DNA of 64,000 bases from Macrostomum hystrix (GCA_950097015.1 CATNEN010000026.1:1-64000), one strand, 5' to 3'. Shown: positions 12,335 to 26,052, counted from the first letter of the stretch. Numbers and translations are program-made. The notes: a model not told the origin generated them from the sequence alone.

Positions 12335-14399
12335 CCCTGCTGCTATTGAAACCATTGGTAGGACACCGACCCCGGTGAATAGTCGCTAGCTTTAAATTCC
12401 TCACGCTCCAGCTAGGACATTCATTTTATTACACTAACGAATTTTAAATGAATAGAGATGATAAACTTAGGGATTTGACTAAATCAATGAAGTATGTAAC
12501 AAGAAGAAAACTCTAAAGCCTGCGGACAGGTCGCTGACTAGCTATTGCAATTTGTAACAGAGTATGATGAGCTGACATTAATAATTGTATTCAGAAATGG
12601 ACTACAAGTCAAAAAACTAAAAAATACCCAGCGGGAAAGCCTACCTCGAATCTAGCTGAATGTAACTCTAGTTTTTAGGATAGGCTTGAATTTTCTTTTT
12701 AGTGCACCAAAGATGCTTTTTGCATCAAAATCATGCACCAAAAAAATCGTTCAGTTTCAGAAAAATCGGCCAAACAAAAGTTTATCTTAAAATAGCAAGA
12801 ATAAGTCTAGTTATATTCTAGCTACATAGTGTCGTTTTTTCGAGAAAAATATTTTTGTTTTAAATTATTTTTATAGCACAGAATAACAAAACTTTACAAT
12901 AATATTTTTGTTCTTACGCGAAACAAAGTCTGGGTTGTAAAATAGCAATCTCTTAATTAAGTATGATAATTAAAAAGAAAAAAGTGAAACGTCTTACCAT
13001 TGGTACAGTCCATTTTTTAACTTTTCTTGTGTTCTCGCGCGCCGACTAACTAGCAAGCCTACATTTTATACTATAGATTTGACTGGTTCCTAAGTCTCGC
13101 TTTTTTTAGTGGAAATTACCAAGGTACGGAAATGTTAAAACCTCTATCAGAACGTTTACAACTCTTATGTGTTTCTTTCTCATTTTGAACTTTTTATTAT
13201 TACTTATTTCGATACAGCAATTATGTACAATATAATGTTGTAGGTAATGCTATTGTAGCTATTTAGCTGGTCAATCAAAGCACTTTGCTGAGTTTTTTTA
13301 ATCAGAATATACATTTCAACGAGCTAAGCTAATATACAAATAAACGAAAATATACAAATCAGTTACTTTTAAAGTATTTCGAGTTAGTGGCGTGACATTT
13401 TTTTAAAGAAATGTTTATTTAAATTGAAATTTTTTAAGAAAATAGATTATAAATTGTATTAGGAATTTAAGGGATTTAGTTTCATTAATTTTAACTCTTC
13501 AAAAAATACACAAAGTAGAAACTCAATTTATTTTATGCATTGATCCCAGGAAGGAAGTATTAGAGCAAACAAAAAGCTGTTGCTAATATAGCTATCCAAC
13601 CCTTTTCCTGAATTCAAAAGGAAATCAATAAAAAATTTGAAATCTTTGAAAGTGAAGTATCCAAACTTCTTTTGTCAAAAGTGATGACCAGAAAAAACAA
13701 TTCTCTTTTAGCTTAGCATCAATTTAATATAACTGATATATGTACACTATATACATTTTTTGATAAGGTAGACTTAAAATATTTGAAATATTAAGTTAAT
13801 TGAGTTGCTTTCATTTATCCATTTCTACCATTATAACAGGCCTAGGATAATAAAAAATTAATTCTTTAATAACGCTTTTATATTCATTGACGCTGACTCG
13901 CGCTGACTCACTTTTTTATGGAAATCAAATATAATTATTCATGTACAACTTAGTAGTCTAGCCTTTTCACTAGAATTCATGATGCAATAATTATTGGAAT
14001 CGGCATTCAGCCAGCCAAGAATTTAACCTTATTTGGCCTCTCATTAATGCATTAGGCAAACTCGTTTTTCGAATATTTAATACCTTTAGAATAAAGGCAC
14101 ATTGTCAAGACAAGACAATGTCAAGGTGTCTTGCGAGTAACATTTGGACTGTTTAGAAAAAAACACGATCAATTTTGGTTGAGGCATGCAGCCTGTAGAG
14201 CGACGTTCGACAAACAGACAGACAGACTTTAGAGATTTAGTATAGGTGGATGGATGGACTAGCAATTTTAGCCACCTCTTTAGCGGAAACCGGATTTTTG
14301 GATCTATAAATTCCCTCCTTTTTCAAGGTAGGCCTAAAGTACGCTAATAAACACATCAAAATATTTTTATGGTTTCATTTAGTGACACTAGATCGCAGC

Positions 14400-14900
14400 C
14401 AGCGAACCCGCTCGGACTCCATCATTTTTAAGTTATTAGCAGACCCAACTCTTATCTCTTATTCTAATTTTAAGCAATATTATTCAGACGATAAATATGT
14501 AAAAGAAATGTTACCCGGAGTTGAGACGACTCTATCCTCGTTTAGACTAGGAAACCATAAGCTAGCTTGAGAAACATTGCGAGCTGCCAGACAGAAAGTT
14601 CCCTATGAGAATAGATTATTTAGTAAGTGCAAAATTAAAGTGGAAAACGAGGTCCAGTTCTTATTCAAGTGCAGTTGGAATACTCGTAGTTATAGCTCAT
14701 CACGTTCGAATTTCGATAAGAAAATTTCAGGGCGTGAAACTCCTAATTTCACGTCCCTAACAGCAGAAGAAAAATCTAACCACATATTGGCGGCACAAGA
14801 CGACAGGGAAACCTCTGAAGCACTGGCAAACTACATCGTCAAGAAACATGAAAAATAAGATAACAGCTGCCCTGAAGCAGCTAACATTTAAATGGCAATC
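14400..14900 (+). mobile_element. Degenerate non-LTR retrotransposon (LINE) 3' fragment
   Basis: LSSFRLGNHKLA*ET...ENRLFSKCKIKVENEVQFLFKC resembles the FRLxNHxL..C..C...E.E.HFLFxC tail of CR1/L2-like ORF2 proteins. Confidence 0.5.
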
Positions 14901-15277
14901 AGGACGATTTATGAATAGTTCTTCTTGTTCTTCGCTGAAATGGGGGCGAACCTTGCTTAAGGGGGGCATTGGTTCTATTCTTAAGAGGGGCATTGTTGGT
15001 TCTCTGCAATTGGGGGCATTGGTTTTCTGCTAAAGATAAATTATTTCTTACTAGTATCACTTACATTTACTAATTAGAGATTTAGTAAAGGTGGGTGGAT
15101 GGATGGATAGGTGGGTTTTTTATTACTATTACTACTACTGTTGCGTAGTAGTATCGAAGTAATATCGAAGTAGGCTTACTAGGAGCAATACAAGATGTAC
15201 TTTATGAGGCACAAACTTTTGCATCCTAACATCATAAATCTAATTTTTGAATTCTGTTTCAGAACTGAAAGCTTAAC

Positions 15278-18200
15278 ATGACTACAAAGCTGAGCTCATT
15301 ACTCGTTATTTCTCTGCTGCTGATCGGTAAGTTAAGTGGCTTGTTCGTTTAGGTTACATAATGATATTGATTATTAATTATATTCGCTGATTACACTTGC
15401 CCGTTGGAGCTACATGTGCAACACAGCACAGCCGTAGCTATTGCGCGGCTCATCTGAAGGCAGCATGCAGCTGTTCAGTCCATGGACCGGGGGCCACACC
15501 TACCCTCAATTACCAGCTAGTACCCGTTTAACAGCTGGGTGAACTGAAGCAATGCTGAGTGAGTTGTCCTGCTAATGGACACGAATTGTTCCAGCGAAGG
15601 CGGAATCGAACCCCCGACCTTCAAGTCGATTAGTTTGAGAAAACCACTAGGCTACAAACCCTGATTTCATATAATTTTATTTAAAATCTGTACTATTTAT
15701 TCTTTATTAATCATTGTCAGATACTGCCAGGTCTAGAGAATGGCACTGCCTAAACAACGCACGGCGCGAAGACCCCGTCGAAATTGGAGACATCAACGCG
15801 ATGATGGTGAGTAGTATGTTGCAAACGGCCTTTATCGACCAGAAGATAAGAAATCCTTAGATTAAAGGATACTTATGTACTGAGTACGTAAGCGATGCCT
15901 TAAGAATAGCCAAGTAGGCGAGTTTTATTAGCACCCAGTTGTGTCAGATTTGCAGCCAATGACAATAGACTGCGCTTTCAAAGGCTGTGTGCCTGTACGT
16001 GGACTGAGGAGGCCGCGACTCCCCACAAAAGTTTTTATCCGAGCTAATGCTGGCACTAGTTATATAGATGGCTAAATATGAAGAAAATGCTATTTAAACG
16101 ACTTGCTCAACCTCCAAGACACATTTAGCTTCTATTCGTGCGGTTCTATCCAGTCAGCTGCAAGGAGCCAGGATAAAATAAAGCTGCGTCTGCTGTTTCA
16201 GGTGATGACGTATGTCCGAGGTGATCCGGGCTATAGGAAGAACCTGGAGTGCGGGTATCTTCTGAGCGTGATCAACTATGACCAGCCCAGACAGATGTAC
16301 ATTGACGTGCCCGTGGTGGACTTTGACAACAATACTGACCCGTTTTGCAACAAAACGGACGTGTTCAGCTTCTGGCATAAGTACAACGAGAGTGAGTGGC
16401 TTGGCTTAAGACAAAAGTTTCCTCTAAGTTTCCTCTCAACCCTCGACAATTCAACACTCCTATCAAGGAGAAATCATTTATAGTAATTCAACTAAAACTC
16501 CGAGTCACAGAGTAATTTCGTCGGCTTTCGATGCAAATTAAAACTCTAACGTGGAAGTACAAGCAGGCAATGTGTGACTTTTTATTAAGGAAAATGTGGT
16601 GCTTTCGTTTTGGCTTTACGAGTGTAATTTTATTACTCTATAAATATTGCGAACATCTCTAATTTTTATTGAGAGATTAATTATTATTTACAACAGCTGC
16701 TATCAGCCGACTGCACACATTTCAGCTGCTTGGCGGCGGGAGTCCTGGTGCAGTGAATCGTCCGTGTCACGCAGTTTCCGATTCTTGCCGTTCAGGCAGC
16801 AAATAATCAACTTGTGGGACTCGTGAGTAGCACTGCAGCTTTTTACTGAGCTCTCATATCAGAATGCGAGTTGAGACCCTGCTGCCTCACTTACCACTTC
16901 ACTCTGCAGGTCGTACTACCTGACTGCGCAATTCCGGTCTGACAATGAGCAAGTCCGTTCCGATGCCAAGGGATTGCAGTTGGATGCGTGGGCGCTGGAC
17001 CCAAAATTTTGCCACTTGAAAATGATGGATCTCGATAACTACTGCTACCTGGTCACTCCTGAGAATGTGTCGCTAGCTCAATCCAATCAGGTTGGAAAAC
17101 TCTACCTCGGCAACATTTTCACTGTCCGAAACGCCTCTTCTGGCCGGGATATCTTAGACTTTCTGCGCAGATTCTCTGAGAGAAGTACGCATTTCTTTTT
17201 TGAATTTCTGATGAGGATATTTTTGCTCAATTGTGCTCAATCTTGTCACCTCTTTGCGCTTCCCTCAGACAAAGCCAGGAAAGACGAGTATCCATACGAG
17301 TCGCCACTGGCCCTGACTAATCTCAGAGTGTGGACCGGCTACTTTGTGAACGAATCCTCCTTCAGCGAGGAGGACCCGGTCATGTTTTACTCAGATCCGA
17401 TAGACGACTGCATTGTCAAGCAAGTGAAAGTGTGAGTGCTGCTTCTCTATCCCGAGTCTAGTCTAAAGGATATTGTAAATATCAATGGTTTAGAATGTCA
17501 ATTATTCGATTTCAGGACTCGTGAGATTTTGACCGGCTGTAATAAAAACCCAGCGCCTGTAGCCCTTAATTGGCTTAGCAACGGCAGCGTGCATTTTTGC
17601 TGTGTGCCAGGCAACGATTCGATGCCAGCTCTGATCCAGTTCAGCCAGATTCCTAAAACCAAGGGCGACCTGCACCCGCAGCTGTTCCGCACCTGCGACA
17701 TCGCGCCGCCAACAACGACAACTACAGCGCCGCCAACAACGACTACGACTCCGGAACCAACGACAACTACAGCGCCGCCAACAACGACTACGACTCCGGA
17801 ACCAACGACAACTACAGCGCCGCCAACAACGACTACGACTCCGGAACCAACGACAACTACAGCGCCGCCAACAGCGACCACGACTCCGGAACCAACGACA
17901 ACTACAGCGCCGCCAACAACGACTACGACTCCGGAACCAACGAAAACTACAGCGCCGCAAACAACGACTACGACTCCGGAACCAACGAAAACTACAGCGC
18001 CGCCAACAACGACTACGACTCCGGAACCAACGACAACTACAGCGCCGCCAACAGCGACCACGACTCCGGAACCAACGACAACTACAGCGCCGCCAACAAC
18101 GACTACGACTCCGGAACCAACGACAACTACAGCGCCGCCAACAACGACTACGACTCCGGAACCAACGACAACTACAGCGCCGCCAACAACGACTACGACT

Positions 18201-19484
18201 CCGGAACCAACGACAACTACAGCGCCGCCAACAACGACTACGACTCCGGAACCAACGACAACTACAGCGCCGCCAACAGCGACCACGACTCCGGAACCAA
18301 CGAAAACTACAGCGCCGCAAACAACGACTACGACTCCGGAACCAACGACAACTACAGCGCCGCAAACAACGACTACGACTCCGGAACCAACGACAACTAC
18401 AGCGCCGCCAACAACGACTACGACTCCGGAACCAACGACAACTACAGCGCCGCCAACAACGACTACGACTCCGGAACCAACGACAACTACAGCGCCGCCA
18501 ACAGCGACCACGACTCCGGAACCAACGACAACTACAGCGCCGCCAACAACGACTACGACTCCGGAACCAACGACAACTACAGCGCCGCCAACAACGACTA
18601 CGACTCCGGAACCAACGACAACTACAGCGCCGCCAACAACGACTACGACTCCGGAACCAACGACAACTACAGCGCCGCCAACAACGACTACGACTCCGGA
18701 ACCAACGAAAACTACAGCGCCGCCAACAACGACTACGACTCCGGAACCAACGACAACTACAGCGCCGCCAACAACGACTACGACTCCGGAACCAACGACA
18801 ACTACAGCGCCGCCAACAACGACTACGACTCCGGAACCAACGACAACTACAGCGCCGCCAACAACGACTATGACTCCGGAACCAACGACAACTACAGCGC
18901 CGCCAACAACGACTACGACTCCGGAACCAACGACAACTACAGCGCCGCCAACAACGACTACGACTCCGGAACCAACGACAACTACAGCGCCGCCAACAAC
19001 GACTACGACTCCGGAACCAACGACAACTACAGCGCCGCCAACAACGACTACGACTCCGGAACCAACGACAACTACAGCGCCGCCAACAACGACTACGACT
19101 CCGGAACCAACGACAACTACAGCGCCGCCAACAACGACTACGACTCCGGAACCAACGACAACTACAGCGCCGCCAACAACGACTACGACTCCGGAACCAA
19201 CGAAAACTACAGCGCCGCAAACAACGACTACGACTCCGGAACCAACGACAACTACAGCGCCGCCAACAACGACTACGACTCCGGAACCAACGACAACTAC
19301 AGCGCCGCCAACAACGACTACGACTCCGGAACCAACGACAACTACAGCGCCGCCAACAACGACTACGACTCCGGAACCAACGACAACTACAGCGCCGCCA
19401 CCAATCAGAGCAGTGCCGTCAGCGGCAATACTATCATTATTATTGATTTTGTTGTTGCCCTTGTTATCATCGTGGCTATTGTGA
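15278..19484 (+). CDS. Secreted/GPI-anchored mucin-like protein, ~958 aa; join(15278..15326,15721..15806,16154..16391,16726..16822,16910..17184,17269..17431,17516..19484)
   Basis: All six introns are GT-AG with matching phases and the total of 2877 nt is in frame. N-terminal signal peptide MTTKLSSLLVISLLLI, a ~365-aa Cys-containing region, a T/P repeat, and a hydrophobic C-terminus (AILSLLLILLLPLLSSWLL*) with no cytosolic tail. Confidence 0.85.
15360..15657 (-). mobile_element. tRNA-derived SINE (family 1) in intron 1 of the mucin gene
   Basis: A box TAGCCTAGTGG, B box GGTTCGATTCC, a central GCATTGCTTCAGTTCACCCAGCTG core and an AT-rich tail. A similar head fragment lies at ~46676-46735. Confidence 0.75.
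17727..19400 (+). repeat. Coding 45-bp tandem repeat (APPTTTTTPEPTTTT), ~37 copies
   Basis: Near-perfect units GCGCCGCCAACAACGACTACGACTCCGGAACCAACGACAACTACA with a few recurrent variants (T>K, P>Q, T>A). Confidence 0.97.
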
Positions 19485-21089
19485 TCGGTGTCGTTGTCTA
19501 CTTTAGTCGTCAAAGAGGACAGCAGCCGCCATCAACTAATGGGGACTAGCCGCCACTGCGGGGTAATCAGAAGGTGAAAAAAAGCCAGAAGCCGCTACTG
19601 GGGACGAACACTCGGGATTTCAAAAGCGATAGAAACGCTGTGGCTAAGAGTGTCGGCTTGACTGTGGACAATGTCGAAGGCACTTTCTGAAGTCTGTTTG
19701 GTGGGCGCTTTTACTCATAATTTTGCATTGGCTAACAGCGTTGCTTAATTTAGTTTTGTTTTTAAAGACAAAAATGTTTTTACGATCGCTTATTCACGGT
19801 CTGCGAAGGAAGGAAAACCGAAATTGTCATTTTTCTGTTTTCATTTGAAATCTAAAATAATCGGTAATGCATGCTGAAGAAGCAGAAGTGCCCCATTGTC
19901 AGTCGACCTTTCGAACCCCCGCGCGTGCGCGTATCTAGCTTGTAATTGCGATCCCCGCGACCCAGTTCCTGTATTCCCATGTTTTATTTCTCTGTTTAGT
20001 AGTAATTGGTGATGGAGCTAATGATATATTGATAAGGTTCCGCAATTAAATTTATGTTTCCCGAACATAGAATCCTTTTCCCCGGATTCCTATGGTTCGA
20101 AATCCCCCATTCCCGGATCATTAATTGGTTAACTTGACTTGCTACATATCGAATTAAAGTAAGGATGCGAGAGGAAGCAGTCTATCTATTTGTGTGGTTA
20201 TTATTATCATTAGTTAGAGGTTAGGATATAATTCTCCATCCTCAATACCGTTTTCTGATTGTTAGTTGTTAGATTGTTTCGTAATTGATTGTAGTAATTT
20301 GTCTGCAGCAATATATTTGAAGCAATACCTGTCTTTAATTTCACTATTCTAATTATACGTTCCTTAAATATTTGGGCTTAAGTATTGCAGTGTCTGTTAT
20401 TAATGCTTCAGATAACAGCTGTTGTATCTTAAATAACTGACGCAACGGAGATTCAGATTTGTTAGACTTAGAGTAATAAGGAAAACACGCCGACAGGCGG
20501 CACTCGGCAGGCAGACGAATAGGAGTGTGTATTTGATATATTATAGCAATAGCCGTACGATATACGCATGAGTGCAGAGGTCGGGGCTTTTATTTATAGG
20601 CCCAAAGGCGTGGGGAGAGAGCATTCTAGAAAGTTACTAAAAATAGACTACGCGGGAAAGTTCTGGAACCAGTGATGGACTTAACGCCTTACGACAAAGA
20701 ATAGAAATTTCTGGAAAGTTCGGCCAATCGGCAATTTAATGGCCGATTTATAATATTTGTGAAGTTAAAATAGGAGGCCGCATCAAGAAAAAGATGTAGC
20801 TAGTTTAACCTGTCCTCAGGTGACGGCAATTCTTTCGGACTGTTCTAGACCTAGTGCCATGGCCATAGTATTCGCTATACCATTATCTTAGTTCCTTTCA
20901 GTTTAGGCTCTTTAGGTTCTTTAGCTTCTCAGTGCAGCTTTTTCGAAACAATTGCAACTAGTTAGCTGATTTAAAAGTAAGCTAGTCATTTTGATCAAAT
21001 CAAAATGCAAAAGTACTGAGAACACGTCTAGTCCTTTATAAAGCAGAGCTGCGGAGCATGCTCCATTTTATCTAAGATTGCAATCTCTG

Positions 21090-21400
21090 CTTGAACAAAC
21101 ACATGGGCAACGTTGCGAACACGTTGTCGGGCCATTGTCATGTTCCTGTGCCGCATCGCCAAGATCACCAAACTGAGCAGCGTCACTCTCAGGATGCTGT
21201 ACAGGGCCTACGGTGAGAGTGCTCTCACCTACGGCGCCCCAATCTTGACTCTGATCTGCGTCACCAACCAGATCAAGCTGCAAAAGATCTAAACCCTTGC
21301 TCTGCGCATCTGCTATGGTGTGCCTTCTTACCTGAGCACCGAATACCTTCACAAACTGGCCGACATCCCAATGCTCTCAGCCAGAGAAAGCAGCTCGGTG
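21090..21400 (+). mobile_element. Degenerate LINE fragment (C-terminal to the RT; Jockey/I-like)
   Basis: RMLYRAYGESALTYGAPIL...KLQKI*TLALRICYGVPSYLSTEYLHKLADIP resembles the post-RT region of LINE ORF2. Confidence 0.55.
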
Positions 21401-21467
21401 TGGCCTGCATGCATGCCTTTTTATTTCAATTTTTAATTCAATTTTTCAATTTTTATTAGATCCCTTC

Positions 21468-24400
21468 TGTGATAGCGTGGGTCTGCTCAGTTGTTCCGCT
21501 CAAAGTAATGTACAGTGCAGGTGTACACCTGCACGCGCGCGTGTGATTGGCTGACGCTTTGTCAGACAACCTTTATTGTTGGCCAGCTATAAAGTTAAAT
21601 AAAAGCCTCTGCCATTGGGGGGGGACTTACCCCCGAAGTGGAGTTTTCACAGTGGCGACTAGACTGAAACGATCCTGCGCAAATGAGTAGTGCAAGTGCA
21701 CTAGAGCTTGTCGGCCCATACGAAGAAGGCTCTGAGCCGTGGCATATGTACCAAGCAAGGTTAGAACAATATTTTGTTGCCAATGACGTCACTGAGGAAG
21801 CAAAAAAAACGAGCGATTCTGCTGAGTTCATGCGGCAAGAAAGTTTTCCATCTGGCCTTCAGTCTTCTGTCTCCTGAACAGCCATCAGCCAAGAGCTACA
21901 CCGAAATTTGCGATGCACTGAAGAGCCATTTTGAGCCTGAGGAGTCCGAGATCGTCCATCGTTACCGGTTCTACACCAGAAATCGCAGGGAAGGTGAGGG
22001 CGTCGCTGACTTCGTCGCAGACCTCCGAGACCTGGCTCGCGACTGCAAGTTCGGTGAAAGCCTGACTTCAATGCTTCGCGACAGGCTGGTGCTGGGAATC
22101 AACAACGACGGTGCTCAGCGGCGGCTGCTGGCCGAGCCCGATCTCACTCTAGCGAAGGCATTGAAGCTGGCCCTGGCCCACGAGTCCGCCACCAAGGGCT
22201 GCCAACTGGTGTCGGGAGCGAGTAAGCCAGATCCATTCAGTCAGGAGTCCGTCAGCATTGTCAAGCAACAGCAGAAGTCGTCTTCGACAAGGAAGTGCTT
22301 CAGGTGCCTGTCAACGAGGCATCTCGCTAATAAGTGCCCGTTCGCCACCCAGAAGTGCTACAAGTGCTCAAAGACCGGCCACACTGCGGCTGCCTGCAAA
22401 TCCCAGTCGAAGGACGATAGAAGAGAGGCTCTGCAGATGCAGGACGGCGAGGAAAAAGACAGCTGCGAGGAGGAAACAGCCCACTCTCTGTACCAGCTGT
22501 CCGGCAAGAATCGGTATCGAAGGTGCCGCCAATTACAACGATGGTGCGCATCAATGGCCGACCTGTTGTCATGGAAGTGGACACTGGAGCCTCCGTGTCC
22601 CTTGTATCCTCGAAGACCTACAGGACCGTGCTCAACTCGCAGCCAGCACTGCAGCCTGCGTCCGTGCAGCTGCGAACATACTCCGGTGAGAAAGTGCCAA
22701 TTGAAGGCTGCATCTGTGTTGCGGTGGAAGCTGCTGAAGCACCGCCAAAGACACTCAGCCTCCTTGTGGTTGCCGGCTGCGGATCCGACCTGCTCGGAAG
22801 AGACTGGCTGTCCGAGTTGCGGCTCGACTGGAGATCAATCAAGCAGGTGGCAGCTGCTCTTGAGGTGTCGCCCAGACTACAGCAGCTGCTCGACAAGTAC
22901 AGCGATGTTTTTTTGCCTGAGCTAGGGAAGTACAACGGACCGCCAGTGAGTTTGAATATGAGACCCGATGCTCAACCTCGCTTTATGAAGGCCAGGAATC
23001 TCCCCTTTGCTTTGAAGGACAAGGTGGAGAGCCAACTGAACCGCGAGATCGAACAAGGAATCCTGGTGCCCGTGCAGCACTCCGAGTACGCATCGCCGGT
23101 GGTGCCAGTGCTCAAGTCCGACGGCTCTGTGAGGGTCTGCGCCGACTTCAAGCAGACATTCAACCCGAACGTGGAGCCCGACTCGTATCCTCTGCCGCGG
23201 ATTGAAGAGCTGTTCGCGAAGCTGACTGGTGGGCGGCTCTTCACTAAGCTCGACTTGTCACAGGCGTACATGCAGCTGCCACTCGATGAGGCCTCCCAGA
23301 GGGTGTGCACAATCAACACTCACAAAGGGCTGCTTAGGTATACGCGGCTGCCCTTCGGTGTCTCGCCAGCGGTCGGAATTTTTCAGCGCCGGATGGACTG
23401 CTTGCTGCAAGGAATCACCAACACCGCCTGCTTCATCGATGACCTCATCATCACCGGGAAGGACGACAGCAGTCATCTGAACTCCCTGGAGCAGGTTCTG
23501 GAGAAGCTGAGCCAGAGCGGCCTCCGGTGCAAGCTGGAGAAGTGCCAGTTCATGCAGACGAGCATCAGTTATCTCGGTCACCGCATCGATGCCGACGGCC
23601 TGCACCCGATCAAAGACAAGGTCGAGGCAATCGTCAGCGCTCCAGCTCCCAAGGACGCAACTCAGCTGCGCAGTTTCCTAGGCATGGTGAACTACTATGG
23701 CAAGTTTCTGCCTAAATTGTCTCAAGTCCTGGCTCCGCTGCACCTGCTGCTGCGCGAGCAACACCGCTGGAACTGGGGCGCTGCTCAGAACGCCGCTTTC
23801 GAGAAGTGCAAGACACTGCTGTCCTCGGCTCCGGTATTGGCGCACTTTGACCCGAGCAAAGACCTGCTGCTCGAGTGCGACGCGTCCCCCTACGGTCTGG
23901 GGGCGGTCATCAGCCACAGGATCGATGGAGCTATCCGGCCTGTGGCCTTTGCCTCGCGTACGTTGCACGACGCTGAGAAAAACTACTCACAGCTCGAGAA
24001 GGAAGCCCTCGCGATAGTGTTTGCGGTTAAGAAGTTCAACGCGTACCTGTTCGGCCGCCCATTTCTGCTGGTGAGTGACCACAAACCTCTGCTGGCTGAG
24101 AACAAGGCCGTGCCGACCCTGGCATCCGGAAGAATTCAGAGGTGGGCTCTGCTGCTGTCTGGCTATAACTACCGCATGGTTCACCGAGCCGGAGCCTCAC
24201 TGCTGTGCGCCGATGCCTTGAGTCGCCTGCCGCTGCCCGACAAGCCGGCGACTGTCCCGAAGCTGGCAGAGCTGGTCATGCTGATGGACCACCTGGATGA
24301 TGGACCTGTCACGGCAGCTCAGATACGCGGCCTGACTCGAAGGGATCCTACGCTTGCCCGAGCTCTGCACTTCACGCAGATTGGCTGGCCAGAGCGGGTC

Positions 24401-26052
24401 AGTGACGATCTGCTGCCATACTCCAAGAGAGCGGCTGAGCTCAGTGCGCAAGACGGCTGTCTCCTGTGGGGCGCTCGAGTGGTGGTCCCGGTTGGAGCGC
24501 GAGCTGCTCTGCTCCAGGTGCTGCATCAAGGTCATGCGGGGGCGTCTCGCATGAAGACGTTAGCCCGGGGTTATTTCTGGTGGCCAGGATTAGACTCGGA
24601 GATTGAAAACCTGTCCAAGGCCTGCGCTGACTGTCAGGAGTTGCAGAACGCCCCGGCGCCTTCGCCAATGTTGTCGTGGCCGTGGCCTGACCGACCGTGG
24701 TCTCGAGTGCATATCGAGTCATCGACTATGCGGGTCCGGTGTCTGGCAGGATGCTGCTGGTCGTCGTCGATGCCCACTCAAAGTGGCTGGATGTGCATGT
24801 GGTGTCGTCAGCGACCTCAGCTGTCACCATCCAGAAACTCCGCTCCAGCTTCGCGACGCACGGGTTGCCAGATGTGCTGGTGTCGGACAATGGGCCCAAC
24901 TTGGTCAGCGAGGAGATGTCCGACTTTCTGCGGAAGAACGGCATTCAACACGTGCGCGTTGCCCCCTACCATCCGGCGTCCAACGGCCTGGCGGAACGAG
25001 CTGTCCAGACGCTGAAGCGGTCCCTGGAGAAGCAGCGCGAAGGCTCCTTGGAGGATAAGGTCGCCCGGTTCCTGCTGAGCTATCGGGTCACTCCGCATGC
25101 GACAACTGGTGTGGCTCCCTGCGAACTCCTGATGGGACGGCGACTGTGTACGTTGCTAGATCGAGCTCGGCCAGACCTGGGAGCAAGAGTACAGCGTAAG
25201 CAAAGTCTGCAAAAAGAGCACCACGACTGCAAAGCTCGATCCCGGACTTTCGAGACTGGGGACGCTGTACTGGCCAGAGACTTTGGAGCCAACGGAGGTC
25301 GGTGGAAGCCGGCGCGAGTTGTCGGTGCCGCCGGTCCGGCCTCCTACCTGTGCGGCTTCGATGGCGACGACCGAGTGGTGCGGCGGCACGTCGACCATGT
25401 CCGCGGTGGTCTTGAGCAGCCGCGGCCTACCGGAGCTGGCGTGACAGACGGTGCTGCCGACGCCAAGGCCGCACCTGAGCCTGAAGCTGCGATGCCGGCC
25501 GTGGACGAGCCGCCTGATCTGGCTGCTCCTGGAGACCCTGAGATCGACGGGTCTCTGCGCCGATCGTCGCGAGTTCGACGTCCCCCGGAGCGCCTGAGCT
25601 ACGGGTGACGTCATCTGTGGAAGAGACTGTTTTGATTGACTGTAGTGTTCGGACGATTAATTTCAGATTTGGTACTTGTTATGGTTATGGGTTATTTTCC
25701 ATTATATGGTTGTGTCGTTGCTTTTCTGTCTTGCGTTGCGTAGTTTTGGTGCTGGTTAATTAGTATTTGTTATTAGGTTAATTATTGTGTTATTGTGCCT
25801 CACTATAAAATGCGTTGTTCTATTGTATTCTCTTGCGATCCCTGATCCTCATGTAGATGGGGAGGGATGTGATAGCGTGGGTCTGCTCAGTTGTTCCGCT
25901 CAGAGTAATGTACAGTGCAGGTGTACACCTGCACGCGCGCGTGTGATTGGCTGACGCTTTGTCAGACAACCTTTATTGTTGGCCAGCTATAAAGTTAAAT
26001 AAAAGCCTCTGCCATTGGGGAGGGGACTTACCCCCGAAGTGGAGTTTTCACA
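21468..26052 (+). mobile_element. Full-length young Ty3/Gypsy (Mag-like) LTR retrotransposon
   Basis: LTRs 21468-21651 and 25868-26052 (TG...CA) differ by 1 substitution and 1 indel. 5-bp TSD CCTTC. PBS-like GTGGCGAC at 21652 and PPT AGATGGGGAGGGA before the 3' LTR. Confidence 0.97.
21683..25608 (+). pseudogene. gag-pol (Gag with two CCHC knuckles, then PR, RT, RNase H, integrase), with three frameshifts
   Basis: CFRCLSTRHLANKC and CYKCSKTGHTAAAC; VDTGAS; KLDLSQAY..FIDD; DASPYGLG; HQGH..CADC; DYAG..SDNGP..SNGLAER. Shifts at ~21805 (A-run), ~22515 and ~24715. Confidence 0.93.

Noticed and set aside
14100-15120. Two copies of TTAGAGATTTAGTAWAGGTGG(ATGG)n resembling Helitron 5' ends
   Set aside because: The match is short, the TC terminus is imperfect and no 3' end is identifiable.
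17498-19513. 671-aa V/G-rich and 572-aa R/C/W-rich minus-strand ORFs
   Set aside because: Antisense shadows of the 45-bp mucin repeat; the plus strand has the splice sites, signal peptide and GPI tail.
19897-20696. Possible solo LTR on the minus strand (TGTCG...TGACA, TATA-like TATAAATAAAAG)
   Set aside because: No matching TSD and no second copy in the window.
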